A stretch of 64,000 bases of DNA. Source: an uncultured bacterium. Its GTDB lineage: Bacteria > Krumholzibacteriota > Krumholzibacteriia > Krumholzibacteriales > Krumholzibacteriaceae. The stretch lies in the NCBI GenBank assembly GCA_964584495.1, contig CAZPAH010000002.1:17775-81774 (forward strand). Direction: 5' to 3'. The position numbers and the translations under genes are program-made. The notes under the pieces were generated by a model. The model was not told the DNA's origin. It did no database searches and was given only the letters and a program-made list of their open reading frames with translations. Below, piece by piece: positions 47,354-56,985 of the stretch (position 1 is its first letter; every line of letters starts with the position of its first letter).

Positions 47354-48940
47354 ATGGGAAAGAGCTACAGCCGCGAACTCTACGTGAATCAGACCTTTCT
47401 GGCTGCCGCCGTCATCTTTCTCGCTCTATCCGTTCGAATACTTCACGTGATTTTCACGGCCAAGCTCAACCCCCTCGCCTTCGACCTGGCCGTCGATGCC
47501 GCCGGTTACGACAGGTGGGCCAAGGCCCTAGTCTGGGGCGGAGAGCCGGGACATACGACCCTGATGCAGGCGCCCCTTTTCCCATGGTTCCTCGCCGTCA
47601 TATACCGCGTCTTCGGCCCTTCCCTCACGGCGGTCCGCCTCGTCCACGCCCTTCTAGGCACCTTCACGTGCGGATTCATAATCGCAATAACCAGAAGATT
47701 GTTCCGATCTTCAGCCGCGGGGATAGTGGCCGGAGCGGCGATGGCCCTCTACCTCCCCGCGATATTCTACGAGGGTGTCCTAGTCCCCGCGACTCTGATT
47801 CTTTTCCTCGACTCATCCTTCCTCATGCTCATGGTGCCGGAAAAGAGACCTGTCGGCAACCGGTCCGTTTTTCTGGCGGGGGCGGTTCTGGGTCTTTCGA
47901 TCCTAGCGAAACCGATCGCCATTATCCTTTTCCCCTTCGCCGTTCTCCATCTTTTTTTCAATCTAGGGATGAAGAGGGTGCCTGCCGGCCCCATAGCCGG
48001 GAACGGGCGGGGAAGAAGCTGGATGCCGCAATTTGCCTCAAAATCGGCCCTTCTCGCGGCGGGGATGATCGTTGCGATACTCCCGCTGACGATACGCAAC
48101 GCAAAAATCACTGGAGAATTCCTGCCGCTGACCACTGGGGGCGGCATCAACTTCTATATAGGAAACAACCCCAGGGCAAACGGATATTATGCCGTTCCCG
48201 AGTACAGGGGCAGATCGCTGGGAGGAACCCCCGAGAGACAGAAAACGATGATGTACCGGCTCGCCCGGGCCGAGTCCGGAAGAAAGCTCTCGCACTCGGA
48301 AGTTTCGGGTTTCTGGCTGAATAAGGGGATCGAGTTCTGCCGGAGGGAGCCGGGGCGCTGCGCAACGCTGGTATGGAACAAGTTCATATTCTTCTGGAAC
48401 CGTCACGAAAGGGCCAATGTCGAATCGCTCTACTTTCATAGACGTTTCGGCGGGATCCTATCCCTTCCCCTCGTCGGCTTCGGTCTTTTGGCTCCGTTCG
48501 GATTGCTGGGATTGCTCACATCAAGCAGCCGCTGGAAGAGCCTGATTCTTCTTTACGGTGGAGTCGCCGCCTACCTGGGCGCCGCCCTCGTATTCTACGT
48601 CCTGGCACGTTACCGCCTGCCGGTGGTTCCTTTCCTAGCCCCTTTCGCCGGTATCGGGGTGATAGACCTGCTGAAATCGATACGTAACAGGGAGCGGGCG
48701 GCCGCCGGCCTGAGGATCGCCGTTCTTTTTCTCCTCTTCTATTTCGTCAATATGAGGGTCTCCTCGGAAACGACCGAGGGGACCGCGGCGAACCTCGTGC
48801 GCCTTGGAAGGGTATACGAGGGGCAGGGGCAACTGGAGAAGGCCCGCACCGCCTACAGGGAATCCCTAGAGCTCGACCGGAAAAACAAGGCGGCCCGAGC
48901 CGGCCTTAAGTCCGTCTCGACGAAAGAGAAGCTCCAATAA
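47354..48940 (+). CDS. GT39/GT83-like (PMT/ArnT-family) membrane glycosyltransferase with C-terminal TPR repeats
   Basis: N-terminal polytopic domain with an acidic first loop (FDLAVDAAGYDRWAKA) like the ArnT/PMT DE-motif region. C-terminal soluble TPR (LVRLGRVYEGQGQLEKARTAYRESLELDRKN). Confidence 0.6.
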   Translation: MGKSYSRELYVNQTFLAAAVIFLALSVRILHVIFTAKLNPLAFDLAVDAAGYDRWAKALVWGGEPGHTTLMQAPLFPWFLAVIYRVFGPSLTAVRLVHALLGTFTCGFIIAITRRLFRSSAAGIVAGAAMALYLPAIFYEGVLVPATLILFLDSSFLMLMVPEKRPVGNRSVFLAGAVLGLSILAKPIAIILFPFAVLHLFFNLGMKRVPAGPIAGNGRGRSWMPQFASKSALLAAGMIVAILPLTIRNAKITGEFLPLTTGGGINFYIGNNPRANGYYAVPEYRGRSLGGTPERQKTMMYRLARAESGRKLSHSEVSGFWLNKGIEFCRREPGRCATLVWNKFIFFWNRHERANVESLYFHRRFGGILSLPLVGFGLLAPFGLLGLLTSSSRWKSLILLYGGVAAYLGAALVFYVLARYRLPVVPFLAPFAGIGVIDLLKSIRNRERAAAGLRIAVLFLLFYFVNMRVSSETTEGTAANLVRLGRVYEGQGQLEKARTAYRESLELDRKNKAARAGLKSVSTKEKLQ

Positions 48941-48953
48941 CCGTTTGCTTCCC

Positions 48954-51053
48954 CTACTTGTCCTCCTTCACCGCTTCCTTTCCGCCCTTCTTCAGCCACA
49001 GGTCGAACCAATCGAGAATCGACGCATACCAGAAGCTGTTGTTTTGAGGCTGGAGGATCCAGTGATTCTCGTCGGGGAACCTTATCATCTTCGAGGGCAC
49101 GCCGAGCCTCTGAAGGGCGGTGAACATCTGCTCCCCTCCCGTTATCGGAACCCGGAAGTCGAGCTCCCCGTGAATGATGAGGTGGGGCGTCGAGAAATTC
49201 TTGGCGTACCTTACCGGTGAAAGCTTGTCTATCAGCTGGGGGTTGCCCCAGGGGGTGCCGAAGAATTCCCACTCTGGAAACCAGAGCTCATCGGTCGATC
49301 CATAGGCGCTCCACTGATCGGCCTCCCCCGCGTGCGATACGAGTGCCGCGAACATCCGATCCTGATTGTGCCCCTGGATCCAGTTGCAGACGAATCCGCC
49401 GAAAGAGCCTCCCCATCCGCCGATCTTGTTCCTGTCTATCCATTCGTTCTTGTCGAGGACCGCTCTCACACCGTTCTTTATATCGACAATGACCTTCCCG
49501 CCCCAGTCGCCATTTACGCCGTCACAGAAGGCCTGGCCGTAACCGGTAGAACCGCGGGGATTGCAGAAGAATACCGCGTAGCCCGCCCCCGAAAAAATCG
49601 CGAATTCGTGACGGAAAGCGTAGCCGAACATCTGTTGCGGCCCACCGTGTATCCTGACGAGCATCGGGTACTTTGCTGAAGGATCGAAATCGATAGGTTT
49701 GACTAGAAATCCATGGACCCGCGTTCCTTCGGCCCCCTCGTACCAAATCTCCTCCGCATCGGGGAAATGATACTGGGCATACAGCTCGCCGTTGACATCG
49801 CTGAGCCTGCGGACCTTCTCCCCCTTCCCGTCGCACCTGAATATCTCGTAGTAATGCGTCATCGGCCTGTAACGGTAGATAAAGAAATTATCCTTGGGCC
49901 CCGCATTCACGTCTAGATGGTAGCCGCGGCCCGCCTCTCCCTTTCCGATCACCGTTTCGATCCTGCCGCCTCCGGAAGGGATGCTGAAAAGGTTTACATC
50001 ACCGCTGTCTTCCGCCTCGAAATAGATCTTCTTGCCGTTATGGGACCAGAAAAAGGCCGACACGCTCCTATCCAGCCCGGCCGTCAGGGATTTCGGCTCG
50101 CCGGAAGGCAGCTTCATTACCATCAGCTCGTACCTGTCGGACTCATACCCCGGCCTCCTCGTGCTCCTGTAGGCGAGGTACTTTCCGTCCGGCGATACCC
50201 GAGGGTGGCTGTCGGCGGCGGGATTGGAGGTTATCCTTCTCGTCTTTCCGCTTTGGTCGACACACCAGATATCTTCATTGTACGAAACGGCCTGGTCCTC
50301 GTCCTGCTTGCCGGAGAAATAAACGACCTTTCCCTTCGGATCGATGTCGAAATCGCGCCCCACCGATGCCAGCCAGTACGTTAGCGCATCATGCTTTAGA
50401 TCCGGAGTAATATCCTTCGGGTCGCCTCCGCCGATCCCGACGCGGAAGAGATGCTGCACCTTCCCATCCTCGTAGGTGTCCCAGTGACGGTACATAAGAT
50501 GCTCGTGGACCATCGCCGACACCTTCTTGTTTTCCTTCTCCTTGTCCTTCTCCTTAACGCAATCCAGGTCCGGGCAGTCGAGGTAGATCCGGCCTGTGAA
50601 GATCAATTCCTTTCCATCCGGTGTCCAGATCATATCCCCTACTCCACCCGGAAAATCTGTGATCTTACCCGCCTCGCCCCCACCTACAGGCAAAAGGTAT
50701 ATCTGCCCGGCACCCTCCCTCGAGGAAATGAAGGCTATTGTCTTGCCGTCGGGAGACCATCTCGGATTGCTGTCACCCTTGGGGCTGGTCGTCATGCGTC
50801 TCGGTTCACCGCCGTCGGCGGGCATAATCCATATATCCGAATTCCTGCTGTTATCCTCGAAGTCCGTCACGCTTACCACGTACGCTATCAATTTTCCGTC
50901 GGGCGAAAGCTCCAGATCGCTCAAACTTTTCATCTTCCATAGATCTTCGGGTGTCCATGGCTTTCCGTCAGCCTCCGCCGCGGCCGGCACAACCGCGGCC
51001 GACAGGATCATCAGCGCCGCGAGCGCCGCCGCCCTTGCAAACATTCTCATCAT
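48954..51053 (-). CDS. S9-family serine peptidase (prolyl oligopeptidase/acylaminoacyl-peptidase type) with N-terminal beta-propeller, secreted
   Basis: Signal peptide. TolB-like repeated SPDGK motifs (propeller). C-terminal alpha/beta hydrolase with GGWGGSFGG (GxSxGG nucleophile elbow) and a downstream His/Asp. Confidence 0.8.
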   Translation of the reverse strand: MMRMFARAAALAALMILSAAVVPAAAEADGKPWTPEDLWKMKSLSDLELSPDGKLIAYVVSVTDFEDNSRNSDIWIMPADGGEPRRMTTSPKGDSNPRWSPDGKTIAFISSREGAGQIYLLPVGGGEAGKITDFPGGVGDMIWTPDGKELIFTGRIYLDCPDLDCVKEKDKEKENKKVSAMVHEHLMYRHWDTYEDGKVQHLFRVGIGGGDPKDITPDLKHDALTYWLASVGRDFDIDPKGKVVYFSGKQDEDQAVSYNEDIWCVDQSGKTRRITSNPAADSHPRVSPDGKYLAYRSTRRPGYESDRYELMVMKLPSGEPKSLTAGLDRSVSAFFWSHNGKKIYFEAEDSGDVNLFSIPSGGGRIETVIGKGEAGRGYHLDVNAGPKDNFFIYRYRPMTHYYEIFRCDGKGEKVRRLSDVNGELYAQYHFPDAEEIWYEGAEGTRVHGFLVKPIDFDPSAKYPMLVRIHGGPQQMFGYAFRHEFAIFSGAGYAVFFCNPRGSTGYGQAFCDGVNGDWGGKVIVDIKNGVRAVLDKNEWIDRNKIGGWGGSFGGFVCNWIQGHNQDRMFAALVSHAGEADQWSAYGSTDELWFPEWEFFGTPWGNPQLIDKLSPVRYAKNFSTPHLIIHGELDFRVPITGGEQMFTALQRLGVPSKMIRFPDENHWILQPQNNSFWYASILDWFDLWLKKGGKEAVKEDK

Positions 51054-51180
51054 TAAACTCCTTTCACGCTGCCTTGTTCACCACCGGTGATTGTAACGCG
51101 AAACTGGCGGAAGATGAAAGGGGCAAATTTATATGGATGGCTGCGGGGAAAGCGGTTTAAACTGATCTCTCGAAGCAAGC

Positions 51181-51978
51181 ATGAATGGAGGAAAAGGGAT
51201 GCTTTTTGACGACGATCCCCGCGACAAGAGAAAGAAAAGATTCATCGCCGAGATGAAAAAGAGGAAATGCGGCCTTCTCATCTCTCCCCTGGCCTCTAAG
51301 CTGGCACGGTGGGAAAAAGGAGAGGCCGAGCCCGAGGAGCTCTTCCGCACCGCAGGGCACGCGGCTAATAAAGGCGAGGTGTTGATATCCGATTTCAAGA
51401 AACGGCCCGACGTGATACTTGCCGGAATCGCCATGGACGAGAACCGCTACATAACGACCGTCGGGGAGATCGGTATCGAGGTGAGAAAATGCCGGGTCAC
51501 CGAAGTATTCTCCGATGTCGTAATATCCCCCGTCCGCTGCGACGGCTCCGGTTTTTTCAGGGCCGCGGCCATGATCGTGGAAGATGCGGGTGGAGAAGAG
51601 GCGATTGGATACGGATCGCCTCTGCCGGCCGACCCCGGCACCGCCTTTTCGACCGGCCCCGGAGCTCTCACGGTGGAAGGAATAATTCATCTTTGCCTGG
51701 ACGCCCGAGGCGCAGCCGGGGCGGAGGACCAGGTCACGAAGGGACTCCTCGCGTCTTTCGCCCTGGCCGAGGGGCTCGACGCGGAAACCGTGGCGGTTCC
51801 CGGAATCGAGCCGGGAGAAGACGGCCTTTCACCCGCCGTCTACGCCGCAGGGGTCATTGAAGCTGTAAAGGAACACCCGGCAAGTAGTATCTCCAAGGTC
51901 GTGCTGACCGGAATGGAGGAGGAAACGGTGGGCGTTTTCGTCGAGCTTCTGGAGAGGCACGACGCGGAGAACGATTGA
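51181..51978 (+). CDS. hypothetical protein
   Basis: 265-aa soluble, acidic protein. Only a faint macro-domain-like resemblance in the C-terminal half (SPAVYAAGVIEAVKEH...VVLTGMEEETVGVF). Not assignable. Confidence 0.35.
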   Translation: MNGGKGMLFDDDPRDKRKKRFIAEMKKRKCGLLISPLASKLARWEKGEAEPEELFRTAGHAANKGEVLISDFKKRPDVILAGIAMDENRYITTVGEIGIEVRKCRVTEVFSDVVISPVRCDGSGFFRAAAMIVEDAGGEEAIGYGSPLPADPGTAFSTGPGALTVEGIIHLCLDARGAAGAEDQVTKGLLASFALAEGLDAETVAVPGIEPGEDGLSPAVYAAGVIEAVKEHPASSISKVVLTGMEEETVGVFVELLERHDAEND

Positions 51979-52009
51979 GGATCGAGGGTCATAGCACGGA
52001 AAAGATAAA

Positions 52010-52963
52010 ATGATGCGAAGGTTCGAGGTGACTGAGGAATGGGACGGCTCGCGTCTCGATAGGTTCGTGAGGGCCTTGCCGCCGAAACTCTCCTTTGCAG
52101 TGATACAGGAGATGGCGAGGAAGAGGCGCATCCTCGTGAACGGTCGAAAGGCGTCGGGCGGGTCGCGGTTAAAGGAAGGTGACACGGTCGAGATTGCCCT
52201 CCAACCCGCCGAGGCGGGAGGCGAAAATCCCTCCGGCGGCGGCAGGGGATCGATTTCGGACGCCGCTCTGAAAGACCTCGAGATGAAGTGGGGGTCGATA
52301 GGCGGATCGATCCGCGTCCTGTGGGAGGACAGTTCGATCCTTGCTATAAACAAACCGGCGGGCCTCGTAGTCCAGCCGGGAAACCGCAGCGGGAGAGGCT
52401 CGCTGCTGGACCTGCTGGACCGGTACTCGGGTAAGCGGGATACTGCGGAAGATATTCCGTCATTCCGCTACAGTCCCGTTCACAGGCTGGACAGGGATAC
52501 CACCGGAGTGCTCGTAGTTGCAAAGACACGGCGCGCGTCGAGGGCCCTGTCGGCGGCCTTTCGCAGGGGGGAGGCGGAGAAGCGCTACCTGGCGATACTA
52601 GAGTCGGTTCCTTCCCCGGCGGGGGGGACGATAACGACACCGCTGAGGACGCGGAAGGGCATCTCCTCAAAATCGATCGCCGATCAATCGGGGAAACAGG
52701 CCCGGACGACATACCGCCTGAAGAGAAGGCTCCCCGGGGGAAGATCTCTCGTCGAGCTTGCCATCGGTACGGGACGTACCCACCAGATCAGAGCCCACAT
52801 GGCTTCGATAGGATCCCCGGTCGCCGGCGACCGTATCTATGGAACAGGTGGCCGCCGCGCCGGCCGCCTGCTGCTGCACGCCTGGAAGATATCCTTCCTG
52901 CATCCGGAGACGGGAGAAAGGGTCAGGATTACCGTTCCCCCTCCGTCGGAATTTATCCCGTGA
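52010..52963 (+). CDS. RluA-family 23S rRNA/tRNA pseudouridine synthase (RluD-like, with S4 domain)
   Basis: N-terminal S4-like RNA-binding region (RLDRFV...), the catalytic motif HRLDRDTTGVLVVAKT with the conserved Asp, and the C-terminal RLLLHAWKISFLHP motif. Confidence 0.8.
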   Translation: MMRRFEVTEEWDGSRLDRFVRALPPKLSFAVIQEMARKRRILVNGRKASGGSRLKEGDTVEIALQPAEAGGENPSGGGRGSISDAALKDLEMKWGSIGGSIRVLWEDSSILAINKPAGLVVQPGNRSGRGSLLDLLDRYSGKRDTAEDIPSFRYSPVHRLDRDTTGVLVVAKTRRASRALSAAFRRGEAEKRYLAILESVPSPAGGTITTPLRTRKGISSKSIADQSGKQARTTYRLKRRLPGGRSLVELAIGTGRTHQIRAHMASIGSPVAGDRIYGTGGRRAGRLLLHAWKISFLHPETGERVRITVPPPSEFIP

Positions 52964-53045
52964 ACCGTTTCTCCCTATCTGTTAAGATAACGGCCCGGGC
53001 GAATGAAGCCGGGCTAATAAAATCGATTGTGAAAGGAAGGTTGAA

Positions 53046-54011
53046 ATGGACAAGGCGATGTTCGACGCGGCGGTCATTGCGGTAAGGGACTGTCTGAAGG
53101 TGAAAGAGGGCGAATTATTCCTCGTGGTCACAGACAGCGAACTCAAGGAGATCGGCAGGGCGCTGATGGAAGCCGGCGTGTCGCTAAAGGCGAACTCGGT
53201 CCTGATGGAGATGATGCCCCTCAGCCGGAACGGAGAGGAACCTCCCGAAATGGTGACACAGGCGATGATCCACAGCGATGCCGTCGTAGCCCCCACATCG
53301 AAATCCCTCACCCATACGGCGGCCAGGAGAAAGGCCTGCGAGAACGGTGCACGTGTCGCTACGATGCCGGGGATCACGGTCGATACGATGGTGCGCTGCT
53401 TGAACGCCGATTACTACGCTATTGCGGACAGGACCGTCAAGATCGCCGACCTGCTCACCGCGGCAAAGACTGCCCGCGTCACGACGGCGGCGGGGACGGA
53501 TATCACGCTGCCTTTGGGCGGAATAGACGCGATCGCTTCGAAGGGATTAATCCACGATCCCGGCTCTTTTGGAAACCTCCCCTCCGGCGAGGCATACATG
53601 ATGCCGGAAGAAGGCGGGTCCCAGGGGATTTTCGTAGTGGACGGGTCGATGGCCGGCATAGGGGACCTTGCCGACAAAGAGCCGATCACGATAAAGGTCG
53701 AGGGGGGATACGCGGTCGAGATTACCGGCGGCCCCGAGGCGGATCTTCTAAGGTCGAAGCTCGAACCCCTCGGAAAGCAGGCCTTCAACATCGCCGAGCT
53801 GGGCATCGGAACAAACGACGCTGCTAGAATAATAGGCAACATCCTAGAGGATGAAAAGGTGATGGGTACGATTCACATAGCGCTCGGAAACAACATGTCG
53901 ATGGGAGGAACGGTGGACGTCGCGGTGCATCTCGACGGCATCATCAAGGATCCCACAGTCGAGCTCGATGGAAAGATCCTGATGGACAAAGGAAAATTGC
54001 TTGTGAATTGA
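53046..54011 (+). CDS. aminopeptidase, M29 (AmpS/PepS)-like
   Basis: C-terminal segment (LPSGEAYMMPEE...GTIHIALGNNMSMGG...VHLDGII) resembles the metal-binding core of thermophilic aminopeptidase T-type enzymes. 321 aa is shorter than typical, so confidence is moderate. Confidence 0.45.
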   Translation: MDKAMFDAAVIAVRDCLKVKEGELFLVVTDSELKEIGRALMEAGVSLKANSVLMEMMPLSRNGEEPPEMVTQAMIHSDAVVAPTSKSLTHTAARRKACENGARVATMPGITVDTMVRCLNADYYAIADRTVKIADLLTAAKTARVTTAAGTDITLPLGGIDAIASKGLIHDPGSFGNLPSGEAYMMPEEGGSQGIFVVDGSMAGIGDLADKEPITIKVEGGYAVEITGGPEADLLRSKLEPLGKQAFNIAELGIGTNDAARIIGNILEDEKVMGTIHIALGNNMSMGGTVDVAVHLDGIIKDPTVELDGKILMDKGKLLVN

Positions 54012-54023
54012 CCCGCGTCGGCT

Positions 54024-54914
54024 CTACATCTCCATCAAACGATCGATCCTCTCCTGGATCGGAGGATGAGTGCTGAATAGCGATTTCGCCCTTTTCTCGA
54101 AAGGTTTGATCGGATTGACGATATATAGATGCTGCGTGGCCCTGTTCGCCACCTCTAGGACCTCGGCGTCCCCCGATATCTTCCGGAGGGCGGATGCGAG
54201 CCCGCGAGGATAACGGGTGAGCTGCACGGCGGAGGCGTCGGCCAGGTATTCCCGCTGCCTCGAAACGGCGAGCTGAAGCATCTTGGCGAAGATGGGCGCC
54301 ACTATCGCCAGTGCCAGCGCAACCAGTATCAGGGGACCGCTACCACCCTTTCCGCTTCTGCTCTTTTTTCTGCCGCCGGACCAGAAGACGCTCCTCAGGA
54401 AGAAATCGCTTATCATCACGATCGATCCGACCATGATGCCGACCATCATCGAGAAGAGAATATCCCTGTTCTGGATATGGGAAAGCTCGTGGGCTATCAC
54501 CCCCTGAAGCTCGTCCCTGTCAAGCTTCTCCATAAGGCCGCTCGTCACGGCGACGGAGGCGTGGCCGGGATCCCTGCCGGTCGCGAAAGCGTTCGGGGCG
54601 CTGTCCTCTATAACGTATATCGCGGGAACGGGCAGGCCCGCCGATATCGAAATCTCCTCGACGATATTGAAGAGCTGCGGATAATCCTTTTTTTCGATAC
54701 GCCTGGCCCTGCTCATCGAGAGTATCATCCCCGAGCCGCCGTAATAGCTGAACAGCGAAACGGTGACCGCGACTATCACCGCGAGGACCATACCGCCATA
54801 CCCGCTCCCATAATACCGGCCGAGGATATAACCTAGAAGCAGCAGGATCGCGGTCACCACCGACACGAGTATCCACGAATTTCTTTTGTTCTCCGTTATT
54901 TTATCGTACATCAT
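54024..54914 (-). CDS. htpX: HtpX-like M48 zinc metalloprotease
   Basis: Membrane protein with HELSHIQNRD (HExxH) and the downstream Glu-containing helix; typical HtpX size (296 aa). Immediately downstream of lemA on the same strand. Confidence 0.8.
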   Translation of the reverse strand: MMYDKITENKRNSWILVSVVTAILLLLGYILGRYYGSGYGGMVLAVIVAVTVSLFSYYGGSGMILSMSRARRIEKKDYPQLFNIVEEISISAGLPVPAIYVIEDSAPNAFATGRDPGHASVAVTSGLMEKLDRDELQGVIAHELSHIQNRDILFSMMVGIMVGSIVMISDFFLRSVFWSGGRKKSRSGKGGSGPLILVALALAIVAPIFAKMLQLAVSRQREYLADASAVQLTRYPRGLASALRKISGDAEVLEVANRATQHLYIVNPIKPFEKRAKSLFSTHPPIQERIDRLMEM

Positions 54915-55020
54915 GATTCCGCTACCCCCGGACCGCCGCTCCGGGCCGCTTCCACCGGGCCCGCGAGAATATCCGGCTCACCCGGGCCGTGGCCGACCGG
55001 CCCCGGCCTAGCGTCGCCGT

Positions 55021-55623
55021 TTAAGAGAACTTGACCTTGGGAGCCGCTCTCTCGCCCTCATTCTCCAGCTCGAAGAATTCCCTGGGCGCGAAGTTGAACA
55101 TACCGGCTATTATGTTGGAAGGAACCGTTTCCGTCCTCGTGTTGTAGATCATCACACAGTCGTTGTAATGCTGGCGGGCGAACGAGATCTTATTCTCGGT
55201 CGAAACCAGCTCCTCCTGGACCGCGAGCATATTTGTATTCGCTTTGAGATCCGGGTAGTTCTCGGCAACGGCGAAGAGCGAGCGCAGCGTGCTCGTAAGC
55301 ATATTCTCCGCCTTTGCCTGCTCGGCCACTCCCGAGGCGTTTATCGCCTGCTGCCTGGCCTTGGTTACATTCTCGAGAACTTCCCTCTCGTGCTTCATGT
55401 ATCCTTTCGCCGTCTCGACCAGATTCGGTATCAGATCGTATCTTCTCTTGAGCTGCACGTCTATCTGCGACCAGCCGTTGTCGCATCTCTTCCTCAGCCT
55501 GACAAGGGTGTTGTATATACCGATAACCGCAAGCACGACGATAACGACTACTATCAGGGCTATTACTGGGATCACCGTAAACCTCCATTCTTTCAGGAAT
55601 CCGCTGGGAACCGGTCCGGACAT
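55021..55623 (-). CDS. lemA: LemA-family protein
   Basis: Single N-terminal TM, then the conserved LemA core ([54 protein letters not shown]). The LemA-HtpX pairing is a well-known conserved gene pair. Confidence 0.8.
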   Translation of the reverse strand: MSGPVPSGFLKEWRFTVIPVIALIVVVIVVLAVIGIYNTLVRLRKRCDNGWSQIDVQLKRRYDLIPNLVETAKGYMKHEREVLENVTKARQQAINASGVAEQAKAENMLTSTLRSLFAVAENYPDLKANTNMLAVQEELVSTENKISFARQHYNDCVMIYNTRTETVPSNIIAGMFNFAPREFFELENEGERAAPKVKFS

Positions 55624-55959
55624 CGTTCACCTAGGACCGGGAAACAATAATAATCGATCGTCCCGTTTCACTCAAAGAGAATACATCGAAGAGGCCTCTT
55701 TTATTCAACCGGCGGGGTCGGCCTGCGCGCAAGCCGTGATTTCCGCACGGGTTGCGAAGAGATGGGCATGTTCCGACACCCAAATGGGAAGCACTGACCT
55801 CCACGCGAGACAAGGCAGAATGAAAGAACGCCTCTCTCCTGAACGTGGCATAATGAGAATCGGGGAGCAACGATCGAGCCTTATCGGGACTATCGGGCCG
55901 ATGCGCCATAATATTATTACATAATGCTTTACGGCGGGGTATCCCTCTCGTATCCCGAT

Positions 55960-55975
55960 TGGCACACAGGTTGCT
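55960..55975 (+). promoter_or_regulatory. sigma-54 (RpoN) -24/-12 promoter consensus TGGCAC-N5-TTGCT
   Basis: TGGCACacaggTTGCT with GG-N10-GC spacing, about 60 nt upstream of the ATG at 56035 (RBS AAGGAGG). Shares the extended motif GATTGGCAC..AGGTTGC with the promoter at 30446. Confidence 0.5.
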
Positions 55976-56034
55976 GACCGACCATATAGAAAGAGGGGAC
56001 AGCAGGACTCATCTGGAGAGAAGGAGGTCACAGC

Positions 56035-56871
56035 ATGAGGAAGGTCTTCGTAGTCCTATTAGCCATGTCTCTGAGCGGCTTGTTCGTATCATGCTCTGAA
56101 GACAGCACCACGGTCACCCCGACGCCTTCGTTCGGGATCTCGACGTCAGCGCTTCCCGCGGGTTACACCTGTACTCCGTACAATTTCGACCTGCAGGCTT
56201 CTGGCGGAACGGCGCCCTACACCTGGGCACTCGAGGCGGGTTCGACTCTTCCTGCGGGCATTTCACTGTCCTCGGAAGGAAAGCTCCTCGGTGTTCTGGA
56301 AAGCGCCGGCTCATTCAATTTCAGCGTAGTCTGCACCGATGCAGCGGGTACGCCTCGCACGGATACCGAAGAGTTCACTCTCGATATCGAGGTTCCGGCC
56401 AATCCGGCGCTCGCCATCTACTATGACGGCGACGCCACGGTTTGCAGCTCGGAAACGGCGGCCTTTAGCGCGCTCGATTGCTATGTTTTCATCATGCTCG
56501 ATGAGACAGCCCTCGATTGCGCCTACGGAACCGAGTTCATGCTCACGATAACCGACGTGGACAACGATCCCTTGGCTCTCGGTACGCAGTACACGCACTC
56601 CTATGTCGATTACCCTGATTACGTGACGCTCACGATGGGCGATCCCTTCAGCGGTATCGCCATTTCGTTCTCGAGAGGTTACTATTACTCGGACGGCCCG
56701 ATCCAGGTCGCCAGCTTCGGCCTGCTGCTGCTCGAGTCTCTTGACAACCTGACGTTCAACATCGAGCCGAGCCCCTCCTCCGAGTGGACCCGTCCCGTTG
56801 TTGCCACCTGCGATGGCGAACATTCTACGCAGGAAGTCACCGGCCGCCGCGCCGCTCTGAACTTCCAGTAA
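56035..56871 (+). CDS. lipoprotein with putative Ig-like (cadherin/dystroglycan-type) domain
   Basis: Signal peptide with lipobox LFVSCS. PYTWALEAGSLPAGISLSSEGKLLGV is characteristic of the bacterial putative-Ig-domain repeat. A second beta-rich domain follows. Confidence 0.55.
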   Translation: MRKVFVVLLAMSLSGLFVSCSEDSTTVTPTPSFGISTSALPAGYTCTPYNFDLQASGGTAPYTWALEAGSTLPAGISLSSEGKLLGVLESAGSFNFSVVCTDAAGTPRTDTEEFTLDIEVPANPALAIYYDGDATVCSSETAAFSALDCYVFIMLDETALDCAYGTEFMLTITDVDNDPLALGTQYTHSYVDYPDYVTLTMGDPFSGIAISFSRGYYYSDGPIQVASFGLLLLESLDNLTFNIEPSPSSEWTRPVVATCDGEHSTQEVTGRRAALNFQ

Positions 56872-56898
56872 GAGCTGGCCATCAAGAGCGATTAAATG

Positions 56899-56943
56899 TC
56901 CCCGGGAGTTCCGGCATCAGCCGGACTCCCGGGTTCTTTTTTA
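56899..56943 (+). terminator. rho-independent terminator after the Ig-like lipoprotein gene
   Basis: About 14-bp stem CCCGGGAGTTCCGGC-atca-GCCGGACTCCCGGG (one bulge) followed by UUCUUUUUUACC, about 30 nt after the stop codon. Confidence 0.6.
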
Positions 56944-56985
56944 CCTATCGGCTCTTTTCTCCGTCCCCGAACATCCCGCCGCCTC

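Noticed and set aside
51181-51978. Possible macro-domain (ADP-ribose binding) protein
   Set aside because: Only a faint C-terminal resemblance. The hallmark N-terminal GGGV/NAAN motifs are absent. Left as hypothetical.
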